NCBI GenBank assembly: GCA_964534895.1
Contig: CAZHQB010000001.1
Coordinates: 561-64,560, forward strand
DNA from: an uncultured Micavibrio sp.
GTDB taxonomy: Bacteria > Patescibacteriota > Minisyncoccia > Moranbacterales > GCA-2747515
Direction: 5' to 3'
DNA length: 64,000 nt
Position numbers and translations under genes: made by a program
The notes under the pieces: generated by a model
Databases searched by the model: none
What the model was told of the DNA's origin: nothing
The model's input: the letters and a program-made list of their open reading frames with translations, nothing else
Shown here: positions 52,745 through 61,773 of the stretch, piece after piece
Layout: each line of letters begins with the position of its first letter
Numbering within the stretch: position 1 is the stretch's first letter

Positions 52745-53304
52745 AAATTCGTTTTAATTTGTTACCACAAAAACAAAAAAAACATCTACATATACAAAAA
52801 ATTTTAAGAATTATCATGGAGCAAGAAATTCATGTTATGATTTTATTTTTGTTTCTTATACTTGGTCTATTTTCCATATTTTTTATTTTGAAAACGGAAA
52901 CAAGAATTATGCAAGATGTCAAAGCAATAATTGTTGATAAAGAACAATATAAAAACATAGCAAAAAGGCATAAAGAATTTAAAGATATTCATAAAAAATT
53001 GGATGTAGTAGATAAATTATTAGATAATCATGTTGATTGGTCGCGATTATTTATAATTTTAAGTGAGAACATCACTGAGAACATTACAGTTAATTCTATA
53101 AAAATAGATAAAAATATTATTGTAATAAATGCAATAGCAGATACACGAGAAGATGTTGTAAAAATGAAAGAAATATTTAATAATATAACAAATAATGATG
53201 TAAATTGTTTTAGTGATATTGTTGTGCCAGAATCACAATTAACAGCACCAGTTGACGTAACGTTTGCCTTGACTCTGAAAGTTAATTTTAAATGTCTGAA
53301 ATAA
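52741..53304 (+). CDS. pilN: Type IV pilus assembly protein PilN
   Basis: N-terminal motif RFNLLPQKQKK (the INLLP signature) followed by a single TM helix. Confidence 0.75.
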   Translation: MKIRFNLLPQKQKKHLHIQKILRIIMEQEIHVMILFLFLILGLFSIFFILKTETRIMQDVKAIIVDKEQYKNIAKRHKEFKDIHKKLDVVDKLLDNHVDWSRLFIILSENITENITVNSIKIDKNIIVINAIADTREDVVKMKEIFNNITNNDVNCFSDIVVPESQLTAPVDVTFALTLKVNFKCLK

Positions 53305-53307
53305 AGT

Positions 53308-53922
53308 ATGCGTAAATTTATTAGAAAATATTATATTCAGCTAACAGCAATTATTATATTGTTTATATTGGCTGTTATTATGTTATCGCAATCATTTAGT
53401 GTGAGAAATATGGCAAAAAATAAATCAAAGGAATTGAAGCAAACTCAACTTGATTATGTGTTGGCGCAAGAGTTTTTGCGTCATGAATATAAATTTAAAA
53501 AAGACGCAACATACGTTGAGAATAATGATAAATGGTTATCTATATTTTTGCCAAACGACGACGATGAAAAAGTACAATTATTTTCTACATTGGAACAGTT
53601 AGCAAAAGATACAGGCAATGATAACATTGAATTATCAGTGATAAATTCTACATCACAGATAAAACAAAAAAAAGCAACAAAAACAAAAAAGAAAGTTATT
53701 GGTGATACAATGAATATACGGGTATCTCTTGTGGGAAATTATAATGATTTGATTTATTTTTTGCAAAAATTAGAAAATATGAAATATTTTGCAGATGCAA
53801 CATCGATTAGTGTAAATAAAACTGTTAAAAGTACTCCGTATAAGGATGAAGAATCCAAAGAAACATTAAGAGATGATTTATTACAAACGAATATGGATGT
53901 TATATTTTATTTAGATAAATAG
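53308..53922 (+). CDS. pilO: Probable type IV pilus assembly protein PilO
   Basis: A bitopic protein with an N-terminal TM helix and a coiled-coil segment, placed after pilN. Confidence 0.5.
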   Translation: MRKFIRKYYIQLTAIIILFILAVIMLSQSFSVRNMAKNKSKELKQTQLDYVLAQEFLRHEYKFKKDATYVENNDKWLSIFLPNDDDEKVQLFSTLEQLAKDTGNDNIELSVINSTSQIKQKKATKTKKKVIGDTMNIRVSLVGNYNDLIYFLQKLENMKYFADATSISVNKTVKSTPYKDEESKETLRDDLLQTNMDVIFYLDK

Positions 53923-53926
53923 AGAT

Positions 53927-54295
53927 ATGTTTGGACTTAAAGGACGGGATACATTTAATAAGCCAACAAGCGATGTTGGTGTGACTGTAAAAAAAGTAGG
54001 ACAATGGTGGATTAAATCATTTCCAAATATTTTGTGGATTATTGGTTTTTGTGTAATTGCGATAATTGTATATACTTGGTATTTGTATTTATATAAAAAA
54101 GATGTGACAGAGAAAGAAAAGCAAGCTTATATTGCTAAACAGATGAGTGAGGTAACCTTTAAGAAGAAAAAATTTGATACTCTAAAAGATATTATTATTA
54201 AAAGACAAGAGAATTTTGATAAGCAAAGGGTTAAATACAAAGATGTTTTTTATGAACGTGAATTTTTACAAAATGAGTTAGAAAAAGAAATATGA
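53927..54295 (+). CDS. Hypothetical small bitopic membrane protein, last gene of the pilus locus
   Basis: 122 aa with one TM helix (ILWIIGFCVIAIIVYTWYLYL) and a Lys/Glu-rich tail. Confidence 0.4.
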   Translation: MFGLKGRDTFNKPTSDVGVTVKKVGQWWIKSFPNILWIIGFCVIAIIVYTWYLYLYKKDVTEKEKQAYIAKQMSEVTFKKKKFDTLKDIIIKRQENFDKQRVKYKDVFYEREFLQNELEKEI

Positions 54296-54328
54296 ACAAT
54301 AAGATATAATAAATAAGATTAATTATAA

Positions 54329-54354
54329 AATGCTCCTTAACCAGGAGTGTTTTA
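54329..54354. terminator. Bidirectional hairpin terminator (GCTCCT-TAACC-AGGAGT) with an A-run upstream and a T-run downstream
   Basis: It lies between the end of the pilus operon (+) and the 3' end of tRNA-Arg (-). Confidence 0.4.
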
Positions 54355-54364
54355 TAATTATATG

Positions 54365-54437
54365 TGCCCTTGCCAGGACTCGAACCTGGAATAATTGGGC
54401 CGAAACCAATCGTGATATCCAATTTCACCACAAGGGC
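54365..54437 (-). tRNA. tRNA-Arg (TCG)
   Basis: The reverse complement folds as GCCCTTG-TG-GTGA..TCAC-G-ATTGG-TTTCGGC-CCAAT-TATT-CCAGG-TTCGAGT-CCTGG-CAAGGGC-A, giving anticodon TCG. Confidence 0.85.
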
Positions 54438-54583
54438 AGGTAAATGGTAGTCTTCTGTTATTGTATTATGCCTGTAAAAAAGTATCTAGTCAAGACAATT
54501 AATTTTTGATATAATTATAAAACAGTTGTACATATTATTTTGTAATGGTACAATGAAGTTATTAAATAGTAACATATGAAAAT

Positions 54584-54829
54584 ATGGCAAAAGTAACAAT
54601 TTATTCTACGCCAACTTGTGGTTATTGCACAATGGCAAAAGATTTTTTGCAAGAAAAGGGTGTGGAATATGAAGAAATAGATGTATCTGTTGATCAACAA
54701 AAAGCACAAGCGATGGTTGAAAAAACTGGTCAAATGGGAGTTCCAGTAATTATCATTGAAAAAGATGGACAAGAAGAGGTGCTTGTTGGATTTGATCAGG
54801 TACAACTTACAAATCTTTTAGGATTGTAA
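54584..54829 (+). CDS. Glutaredoxin / NrdH-like redoxin
   Basis: An 81-aa protein with the active site CGYC, VTIYSTPTCGYC and a C-terminal GVPVI. Confidence 0.8.
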   Translation: MAKVTIYSTPTCGYCTMAKDFLQEKGVEYEEIDVSVDQQKAQAMVEKTGQMGVPVIIIEKDGQEEVLVGFDQVQLTNLLGL

Positions 54830-54837
54830 AACCTGAA

Positions 54838-54867
54838 TGTAGTGTACGGACATGTCTGTACACTACA
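54838..54867 (+). terminator. Strong hairpin (11-12-bp stem GTAGTGTACGG / CTGTACACTAC, 6-nt loop) followed by a T-rich tract
   Basis: It lies 9 nt after the glutaredoxin stop and 35 nt before trxB. The downstream sequence is TTTTATTATTTTTATTTT. Confidence 0.4.
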
Positions 54868-54901
54868 CTTATGGTTTTATTATTTTTATTTTACTAAAAT
54901 T

Positions 54902-55825
54902 ATGTATGAAGTAATTATTATTGGTGGTGGCCCAGCTGCAGTGGCTGCTGGGGTATATGCAGCTCGTAAGCAAATCAAAACTGCATTATTTGCTACACAA
55001 ATCGGAGGACAATCTGTGGTATCTGATGGAATTGAGAATTGGATTGGTGAAGAGGTGATAAGTGGTCCAGATTTAGCACTTAAATTAAAAAAACATCTTG
55101 AAGCACAAAAAGATAGTATAGACTTACATATTGGAGAAAATGTTGATAAAATCAACAAAAAAAATGATGGTACATTTGAAGTTATGGTAGGTGAAAATAT
55201 ATATAATACAAAAACAGTTATTGTATGTTCCGGTGGCCGTCACAGAAGATTGGGTGTGCCAGGAGAAGATAAGTTTGAAGGAAAGGGAGTAGCTTTCTGT
55301 GCTACATGTGATGCTCCATTTTTTAAAGATAAAGATGTTGCTGTTGTAGGTGGTGGAAATAGTGGGCTTGAGGCAGTTGTAGATCTTATGAAATATGCTA
55401 AAAAAGTTTATCTTATTGCTAGAAAGGATGAAGATGGTCTTCGAGGTGATCCTGTAACATTAGCTGAAATTAAGAGCTCAGATAAAGTAGAAACGATTTA
55501 TGAAGCAAATGCAATTGAGGTTTTGGGAGATAAAATGGTAACAGGTTTGAGGTATAAACATATTGAAGGTGAGGAGGGCACAATTGAAGTACAAGGAGTA
55601 TTTGTCGAAATAGGTAGTGTGCCGAATAGTGAAATTGTTGCAGATTTTGTAGATACAGATGATTGGAATAATATTAAGATAAATTGTGAAACTCAAGAAA
55701 CTAGTTGTCCAGGAGTATTTGCGGCTGGAGATGTAACTAACACAATTTATAGACAAAATAACATTGCTGTTGGTGACGCTATAAAGGCATTACTTTCAGC
55801 ACATGAATATTTGAAAAAAAATTAG
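54902..55825 (+). CDS. trxB: Thioredoxin-disulfide reductase
   Basis: FAD motif IIIGGGPAAVAAGVYAAR, redox-active CATCD and NADPH motif VVGGGNSGLEAV. The ATG at 54902 is preferred over the track's 54842. Confidence 0.9.
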   Translation: MYEVIIIGGGPAAVAAGVYAARKQIKTALFATQIGGQSVVSDGIENWIGEEVISGPDLALKLKKHLEAQKDSIDLHIGENVDKINKKNDGTFEVMVGENIYNTKTVIVCSGGRHRRLGVPGEDKFEGKGVAFCATCDAPFFKDKDVAVVGGGNSGLEAVVDLMKYAKKVYLIARKDEDGLRGDPVTLAEIKSSDKVETIYEANAIEVLGDKMVTGLRYKHIEGEEGTIEVQGVFVEIGSVPNSEIVADFVDTDDWNNIKINCETQETSCPGVFAAGDVTNTIYRQNNIAVGDAIKALLSAHEYLKKN

Positions 55826-55833
55826 TAGGAAAT

Positions 55834-56271
55834 ATGAAAATATATATAGGTGCAGATCATGCTGGATATGAGCTTAAGGAAAAAATAAGACAATTTTTAT
55901 TGGAAGAAATGAAGTATGAAGTGGTTGATTTTGGAGCAAATGTATTTGATGAAGATGATGATTACCCAGATTTCATAAGACCAGTTGCAAAAGCAGTCGC
56001 CAATGATATTGATAGTTTTGGAATTGTTTTTGGTGGTTCCGGACAAGGTGAGGCAATGGTTGCAAATCGTGAGAAGGGTGTACGTGCAGCAGTATATTAT
56101 GGTGGTCCAAAAAAAATTATTACACTTTCACGTGAACATAATGATGCAAATATACTTTCGATTGGAGCTAGATTTGTGAGTGAAAAAGATGCAAGAGATA
56201 TTGTGAGTTTATGGCTTAAAACACCATTTAGTAATGCTGATAGACATAAGAGACGTATTAAGAATATTTAA
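55834..56271 (+). CDS. rpiB: Ribose-5-phosphate isomerase B
   Basis: Motif MKIYIGADHAGYELKEKI in the LacAB/RpiB fold. 145 aa. Confidence 0.9.
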   Translation: MKIYIGADHAGYELKEKIRQFLLEEMKYEVVDFGANVFDEDDDYPDFIRPVAKAVANDIDSFGIVFGGSGQGEAMVANREKGVRAAVYYGGPKKIITLSREHNDANILSIGARFVSEKDARDIVSLWLKTPFSNADRHKRRIKNI

Positions 56272-56330
56272 TTTTTTATATTATATTAGATAAATATAAT
56301 TGATAATCTTGTTAATAATATTATCTTATT

Positions 56331-56981
56331 ATGATTATAATTCCAGCTATTTTAGATGCTGATAGCGATAGGGTCATCGAACAATTAAATCAGTTGCGTG
56401 GTTTTGTAGATTGGATTCAGATTGATTTGGCTGATGGTACTATGACAGACAGTAAGACATTTGATTTGTATGATTTAGTAGGGGAAGTAGATGATTTTGA
56501 TGTGGAAGTACATTTGATGACTGTTGATCCAGTCAAATATTTAGATGCTTGTGCAACTATCGGAGCTAAACGCGTCTATTTTCATCTTGGCGAAGTGGAA
56601 AATCCATCACAAATTTTATCTGCTATGGATCCATATGATTTTACAAAGGGAATCGTGCTTTCACCACAAACTCCAGTAGAAGATGTATTTACATATATTG
56701 ATGAAATAGATGCTGTACAAGTGATGACAGTTGTGCCAGGTGCTCAAGGTGGTGAGTTTTTAGATGAGATGTTAGATAAAGTTTCTTATCTTAGAGAGCG
56801 TAGAGGGGATATTTGGATTTCAGTTGATGGAGGTGTAAATAAAAATACAATTATGCAAATTGTTAAAAAGAATGTCGATGCAGCTGGTGTGGGTAGTGCT
56901 ATTTTACAGAATCAGGATATACTTAGTGCTTATAAAAAATTGAAAAATTTAATTGATGATGAAAGTCATTTAGGTGAGTAA
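56331..56981 (+). CDS. rpe: Ribulose-phosphate 3-epimerase
   Basis: TIM-barrel motifs IDLADG, VHLM, VVPGAQGGEF and SVDGGV. Confidence 0.8.
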   Translation: MIIIPAILDADSDRVIEQLNQLRGFVDWIQIDLADGTMTDSKTFDLYDLVGEVDDFDVEVHLMTVDPVKYLDACATIGAKRVYFHLGEVENPSQILSAMDPYDFTKGIVLSPQTPVEDVFTYIDEIDAVQVMTVVPGAQGGEFLDEMLDKVSYLRERRGDIWISVDGGVNKNTIMQIVKKNVDAAGVGSAILQNQDILSAYKKLKNLIDDESHLGE

Positions 56982-57186
56982 TTACTTAAGTTTGTTTAAT
57001 ATAATTTTTTAGAAATCTATTTTGTGTCACTTTGATTGAAATGATGATAAAATTGAGGATCTTCTAAATTGGTGATTCATGAGTATTTTTCAATAGATTT
57101 AGAATTTATTGGTTTATGTAAGTATTATGACAGTGAACAATTTGAAATAATAGAGTTATATATTAATTATTAAAAATAAAAATATT

Positions 57187-58449
57187 ATGAAAAATCCATT
57201 TGATAATGCGATGCGACAATTGAAAAATGCTTCTGATGTAATAGGTATTGAAGAAAATGTTTTAGCGCTTTTACAAAAGCCGCAACGCATTCATGAGATA
57301 GCCATTCCTGTGAAGATGGATGATGGGAAAATAAAGACATTCAGGGGGTATCGTGTGCAATACAGTAATGCGCGTGGACCGTATAAGGGCGGAATCCGTT
57401 TTCATCCAGATGTTGATATTGATGAAGTGAAAGCACTTTCTTTTTGGATGAGTATCAAATGTGCTGTAGTTGGGCTGCCTTATGGTGGGTCAAAAGGTGG
57501 AATTGAAGTAAATCCAAAAGAACTTTCGAATAGAGAATTGCAAGAATTAAGTAGGGGTTATGTGAGGGGATTATATTTGGAGATTGGTCCAAAAATTGAT
57601 ATTCCAGCACCTGATGTTTATACTAATCCTCAAATTATGGGATGGATGATGGATCAGTACTCATTGTTGAAAGGATATACTGTACCAGGTTCTTTTACAG
57701 GTAAACCAGTTGAGATTGGAGGAATTACAGCTAGGGCAAGTGCAACAGCTAGAGGTGGTTTTGTACTGCTTGAGCGAATTATGAAAAAATTAAATGTAAG
57801 ATCAGATGAAACACGTATTGCAGTGCAGGGATTTGGTAATGCGGGTTATACTTTTGCATGTCTCGCATTTGATGCTGGATATAAGATTGTGGGTGTGAGT
57901 GATTCGCGAGGCGCAATTGTTAGTAAAAATGGTAAAAGTATAAATCCTTATGAAGTAATGGAAAAAAAGAAAGAAAAGGGAAATATTTATTGTGATAAAT
58001 CTGTATGTGATACTGATGAGTATGCTTTTGTCACAAATGAAGAATTGCTTGTAATGAATTGTGATGTGCTTGTGCCAGCAGCAATTGAAAATCAAATTAC
58101 AGGTAAAAATGCAAAAAATATAAAGGCACATACAATTATAGAATTAGCGAATGGTCCAACAACACCAGAGGCAGATGAAATTTTGTATAAAAATAAAATA
58201 ACAGTTATTCCAGATGTTTTAGCAAATGCTGGTGGTGTAACTGTATCGTATTTTGAGTGGTTGCAAAATATTCAAAATACATCATGGAGTGAGAGTGAGA
58301 CAAACAGAAAATTAACTGAAATTATGGTTGAATCCTATGAAGCTATACATACAAAAGTACGAGAACATAAAATTGATTACAGGAAAGCATCATTTATTCT
58401 TGCAATTGAACGAATCACAAAAGCGATGAAAGGACGAGGTTGGGTGTAA
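57187..58449 (+). CDS. gdhA: Glutamate dehydrogenase (Glu/Leu/Phe/Val dehydrogenase family)
   Basis: Active-site Lys motif GGSKGGIEVNPKELS and NAD(P) motif GFGNAGY. 420 aa. Confidence 0.9.
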   Translation: MKNPFDNAMRQLKNASDVIGIEENVLALLQKPQRIHEIAIPVKMDDGKIKTFRGYRVQYSNARGPYKGGIRFHPDVDIDEVKALSFWMSIKCAVVGLPYGGSKGGIEVNPKELSNRELQELSRGYVRGLYLEIGPKIDIPAPDVYTNPQIMGWMMDQYSLLKGYTVPGSFTGKPVEIGGITARASATARGGFVLLERIMKKLNVRSDETRIAVQGFGNAGYTFACLAFDAGYKIVGVSDSRGAIVSKNGKSINPYEVMEKKKEKGNIYCDKSVCDTDEYAFVTNEELLVMNCDVLVPAAIENQITGKNAKNIKAHTIIELANGPTTPEADEILYKNKITVIPDVLANAGGVTVSYFEWLQNIQNTSWSESETNRKLTEIMVESYEAIHTKVREHKIDYRKASFILAIERITKAMKGRGWV

Positions 58450-58535
58450 TTAATAGTTAAATGTTTAAAATTATAAAGCAAAAGGTAAGTAAACTAAAAG
58501 TTGTAGATGTACGTATTCATTTCTTTTTATAAATA

Positions 58536-58571
58536 AAACAGCAATTAATTGATTACAGTTAGTTGCTGTTT
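58536..58571. terminator. Bidirectional terminator hairpin between convergent genes (AAACAGCAA / TTGCTGTTT, 18-nt loop)
   Basis: It is flanked by CTTTTTAT on one side and TTTATAAAT on the other, between the gdhA (+) end and the 58595..59058 (-) end. Confidence 0.45.
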
Positions 58572-58594
58572 ATAAATACTAGACGTTATATATA

Positions 58595-59058
58595 TTAAAT
58601 GGCAAGTACTTTTACTTTTGGATAATCTTTGAATATTTGAGATTTAGCTTCTAATCGTGTTTTTATTGTAAAGACATACAATTCATCAAAACCAAGATAA
58701 GCAGCTTTAATATAATTATCACCATTGATGTGACAAGTTACACCAGCAATATCAATGATTGATGGGACAACAAATGCACCAGTGCCTACCAGGTTATCTT
58801 GTAGTCTTTTGGCATTTTCTTCTAAAACATCACGAGCTTTTTACGTTCTTCCCAAGTCTCAGTAATTCGTCCGTGGACATCGTCAAAAGCAATGGTATAG
58901 CCAGCCGCACTAAATCTTTTGCTAATTTTTGTTCCACCGCCAACAATGATGATAACAAAAGATTGCCTTGCTATTTCTGTTACAAAATATTTAAAAGCTT
59001 TACTTTTGAAAATATCTCCAGAAGCCTTGATTAAAATATTTCTAACATTATCATTCAT
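58595..59058 (-). pseudogene. Amino-acid-kinase-family (UMP-kinase-like) gene, disrupted by a 1-nt frameshift in an A5 homopolymer and shortened
   Basis: The N-terminal frame (59058..58822) reads NILIKASGD...VIIIVGGGTKISKRF, like PyrH. After RKK the frame breaks at the run TTTTT (58838-58842). A second frame continues to 58595 with ARDVLEENAKRLQDNLVGTGAFVVPSIID. One extra A restores a 154-aa protein. A GGAG ribosome-binding site lies 8 nt upstream of the ATG. Confidence 0.5.
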
Positions 59059-59137
59059 GATTTTTTCTCCTATGCGTGAAATTGTGGTAATATATATGTG
59101 AAAGGACGATATTGTATTTTATATGATAAAATAATAA

Positions 59138-61018
59138 ATGTCAACAAAACAAACAAAAATAAAAGAATTAGAGAAAATAAATAAATTATTGAGATATTGG
59201 ATTTTGGATATGACTACGACTGCTGGTTCTGGTCATCCTACCTCGTCACTTAGTGCTGTAGAACTTATGAGTACTCTTATGTATTCAGGTATTTTTCGGT
59301 TTGATGTCAAAAATACTGATGATACAAATAATGATAGACTTATCTTTTCCAAGGGACACGCGTCACCACTTTTTTATGCTCTTTGGGCTGGAGCTAATGC
59401 TATACCTGTTGAGCATTTAAATACTTTTAGAAAAATTGATAGTAATTTAGAAGGACATCCTACTATGAGATTTCCGTTTACTGAAGTAGCTACTGGTTCA
59501 TTGGGGCAGGGATTATCTGTAGGTGTAGGTATAGCTTTAGCACAAAAAAAGTTAGATGGGACTAATGCTCGGACGTATGTACTTTTGGGGGATAGTGAAA
59601 TGGCAGAAGGGCAGGTATGGGAGGCGATGAGTTTAGCTAGTTATTATGAGTTGGGTAATTTGATTGCGATAGTAGATGTTAATAGATTGGGTCAACGTGG
59701 TGAAACAATGCTTGGACATAATACAGAAAAATACGCTGAGCGCGCTAGAGCTTTTGGTTGGAGAACTGTCGTAGTTGATGGGCATAATGTAGAGGAAGTT
59801 TTGCGAGTATATACTGATATGATAGGAGAATATAAAAAACCTCTTATGATAATTGCAAAAACATACAAAGGAAAAGGAATTTCATTTCTTGAAGATAAAT
59901 ATAGTTGGCATGGAAGAGTTTTATCAAAACAAGAATTTATAGAGGCTGTGAGTGAATTAGGTGATATTGATTTTGATGTACGAGGTAAAATAATAAAACC
60001 AGTAAATAATAAGAAGATAAAGAAAAAAAATAAAAATATTAGTGAGGTCGTTAGTATGTCCTGGGAACAAAATAATGATAAAAAATATGCAACACGTGAT
60101 GCATACGGTGAAACATTGGTTAAGATGATGAGTGAAGATAAAAAAATTGTAGTATTAGACGCGGAAGTAAGTAATTCTACACGTTCTGAAAAAGTGAAAG
60201 AATATTATCCAAATCGTTTTTTTGAAATGTTTATAGCAGAACAAAATATGGTAAGTGTGGCTGTTGGGTTAGCTAGACTAGGATATAAACCATTTTGTTC
60301 TACCTTTGCGGCATTTTTTACTAGAGCACATGATCAAATTCGCATGGGCAGTCTTAGTGAGAGTAAAATTACTCTTGTTGGTTCACATGCAGGCGTGTCA
60401 ATTGGTGCCGATGGAGGGTCACAAATGGGATTGTCTGATATTGCTATGTTTCGTGCAATACTTGGAAGTGTGGTAATGTATCCGTCAGATGTAGTATCGG
60501 CTAGTAAAATATTTCAGTTAGTTCATAAATTTGACGACATTTCTTATGTGCGGACAACGCGAGAAAAAACGATTATGCTTTATGATATAAATGAAGAGTT
60601 TATGATAGGAGGTTTAAAGTTGTTGAAACATAGTGAACAGGATAAAGCCGTAGTAATTGCAGCAGGGATTACGGTACATGAAGCACTTAAGGCTTATGAA
60701 ATATTGCAGATAAGAAATATAGACATACGTGTGATTGATATGTATTCTATAAAACCAGTTAATGCTGAATCATTACTTAATGCAATTGGGGATGTAAATC
60801 ATATTATCGTTGTGGAAGATCATTTTGCACAAGGTGGTATAGGGGAGGTGGTGCAAAGTGTACTTATAGGGTTGTCTGTGACGATAGCACATCTGGCAGT
60901 GCACAAGATACCTCATAGCGGTTCAGCAGAAGAATTATTACAGTATGAAAAAATTAATTATAGTGCTATTATAGATGAAGTGTATAAATTAAATAATAAA
61001 TTAAATAAAAGTTTATGA
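59138..61018 (+). CDS. tkt: Transketolase
   Basis: Thiamine-diphosphate motif GSGHPTSSLSAVEL and GDSEMAEGQVWEA, followed by the pyrimidine-binding and C-terminal domains. 626 aa. Confidence 0.9.
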   Translation: MSTKQTKIKELEKINKLLRYWILDMTTTAGSGHPTSSLSAVELMSTLMYSGIFRFDVKNTDDTNNDRLIFSKGHASPLFYALWAGANAIPVEHLNTFRKIDSNLEGHPTMRFPFTEVATGSLGQGLSVGVGIALAQKKLDGTNARTYVLLGDSEMAEGQVWEAMSLASYYELGNLIAIVDVNRLGQRGETMLGHNTEKYAERARAFGWRTVVVDGHNVEEVLRVYTDMIGEYKKPLMIIAKTYKGKGISFLEDKYSWHGRVLSKQEFIEAVSELGDIDFDVRGKIIKPVNNKKIKKKNKNISEVVSMSWEQNNDKKYATRDAYGETLVKMMSEDKKIVVLDAEVSNSTRSEKVKEYYPNRFFEMFIAEQNMVSVAVGLARLGYKPFCSTFAAFFTRAHDQIRMGSLSESKITLVGSHAGVSIGADGGSQMGLSDIAMFRAILGSVVMYPSDVVSASKIFQLVHKFDDISYVRTTREKTIMLYDINEEFMIGGLKLLKHSEQDKAVVIAAGITVHEALKAYEILQIRNIDIRVIDMYSIKPVNAESLLNAIGDVNHIIVVEDHFAQGGIGEVVQSVLIGLSVTIAHLAVHKIPHSGSAEELLQYEKINYSAIIDEVYKLNNKLNKSL

Positions 61019-61773
61019 CAATAGATAGAGATAAAAAATTAACATTTACAGTAAAAGGAGAACAAATACATGTACCATTAAATCGTGAACATGAATTTTT
61101 AACTCCAGAGACTATTAAATTGGATAAATATACAAGCGGATTGTCTTGGAGGATTTTGAAAATACAGTCAGAGTTTGTAAGAGGACATGATTTTTTGTCT
61201 AGATTTGATAAAGCGGTGAGTATTTTTGGTAGTGCGCGATTTGGTTTTGAAAATAAAGTATATCAGGAAGCAGAAAAAATAGCTTATAAATTAGCCAAAA
61301 AAGATTTTGCAGTTTTTACTGGTGGTGGACCAGGTATCATGGAAGCTGCAAATAAAGGAGCTAAAGAAGCTGGTGGAATAAGTGTTGGAATTAATATTAA
61401 CTTACCAGGAAATAGCGTGACAGAAAGAAAAAATCCATACATTACTGAGTCAGAATCATTTGATTTTTTCTTTTCTCGTAAAGTTATATTATCTTTTGCA
61501 TCTCAGGTATACATATTTTTTCCAGGAGGTTTTGGCACATTAGATGAATTGTTTGAAATGCTTACTCTTATACAAACTGGCAAAACAAAACCAATTCCAG
61601 TGATTTTGGTTAATAAAGAATATTGGACCCCGCTTATTAATTGGATTCGTGGTGTAGTATGGGGGAAAAATCGTGCTATCAAAGAAGAGGATATGGATTT
61701 ATTTCATTTAGTAGATACTGCAGAAGAAGCATGTGAGATAATTGACAGTTGTAATTTAAGTGATGAAAAATAA
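61015..61773 (+). CDS. LOG-family protein (TIGR00730 Rossmann-fold nucleotide-binding / cytokinin riboside 5'-monophosphate phosphoribohydrolase-like)
   Basis: Motifs VSIFGSARFG, VFTGGGPGIMEAANKGA and PGGFGTLDELFE. The start overlaps tkt by ATGA. Confidence 0.85.
   Translation: MTIDRDKKLTFTVKGEQIHVPLNREHEFLTPETIKLDKYTSGLSWRILKIQSEFVRGHDFLSRFDKAVSIFGSARFGFENKVYQEAEKIAYKLAKKDFAVFTGGGPGIMEAANKGAKEAGGISVGININLPGNSVTERKNPYITESESFDFFFSRKVILSFASQVYIFFPGGFGTLDELFEMLTLIQTGKTKPIPVILVNKEYWTPLINWIRGVVWGKNRAIKEEDMDLFHLVDTAEEACEIIDSCNLSDEK

Noticed and set aside
54515-54805. Minus-strand 96-aa ORF overlapping the glutaredoxin gene
   Set aside because: It is antisense to a well-supported glutaredoxin with a CGYC active site and has a low-complexity translation.
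57013-57110. Inverted repeat AAATCTATT / CAATAGATTT upstream of gdhA as a regulatory operator
   Set aside because: It has only 9-bp AT-rich arms separated by about 80 nt, which is within chance expectation in DNA of about 30% GC. It is noted but not reported.
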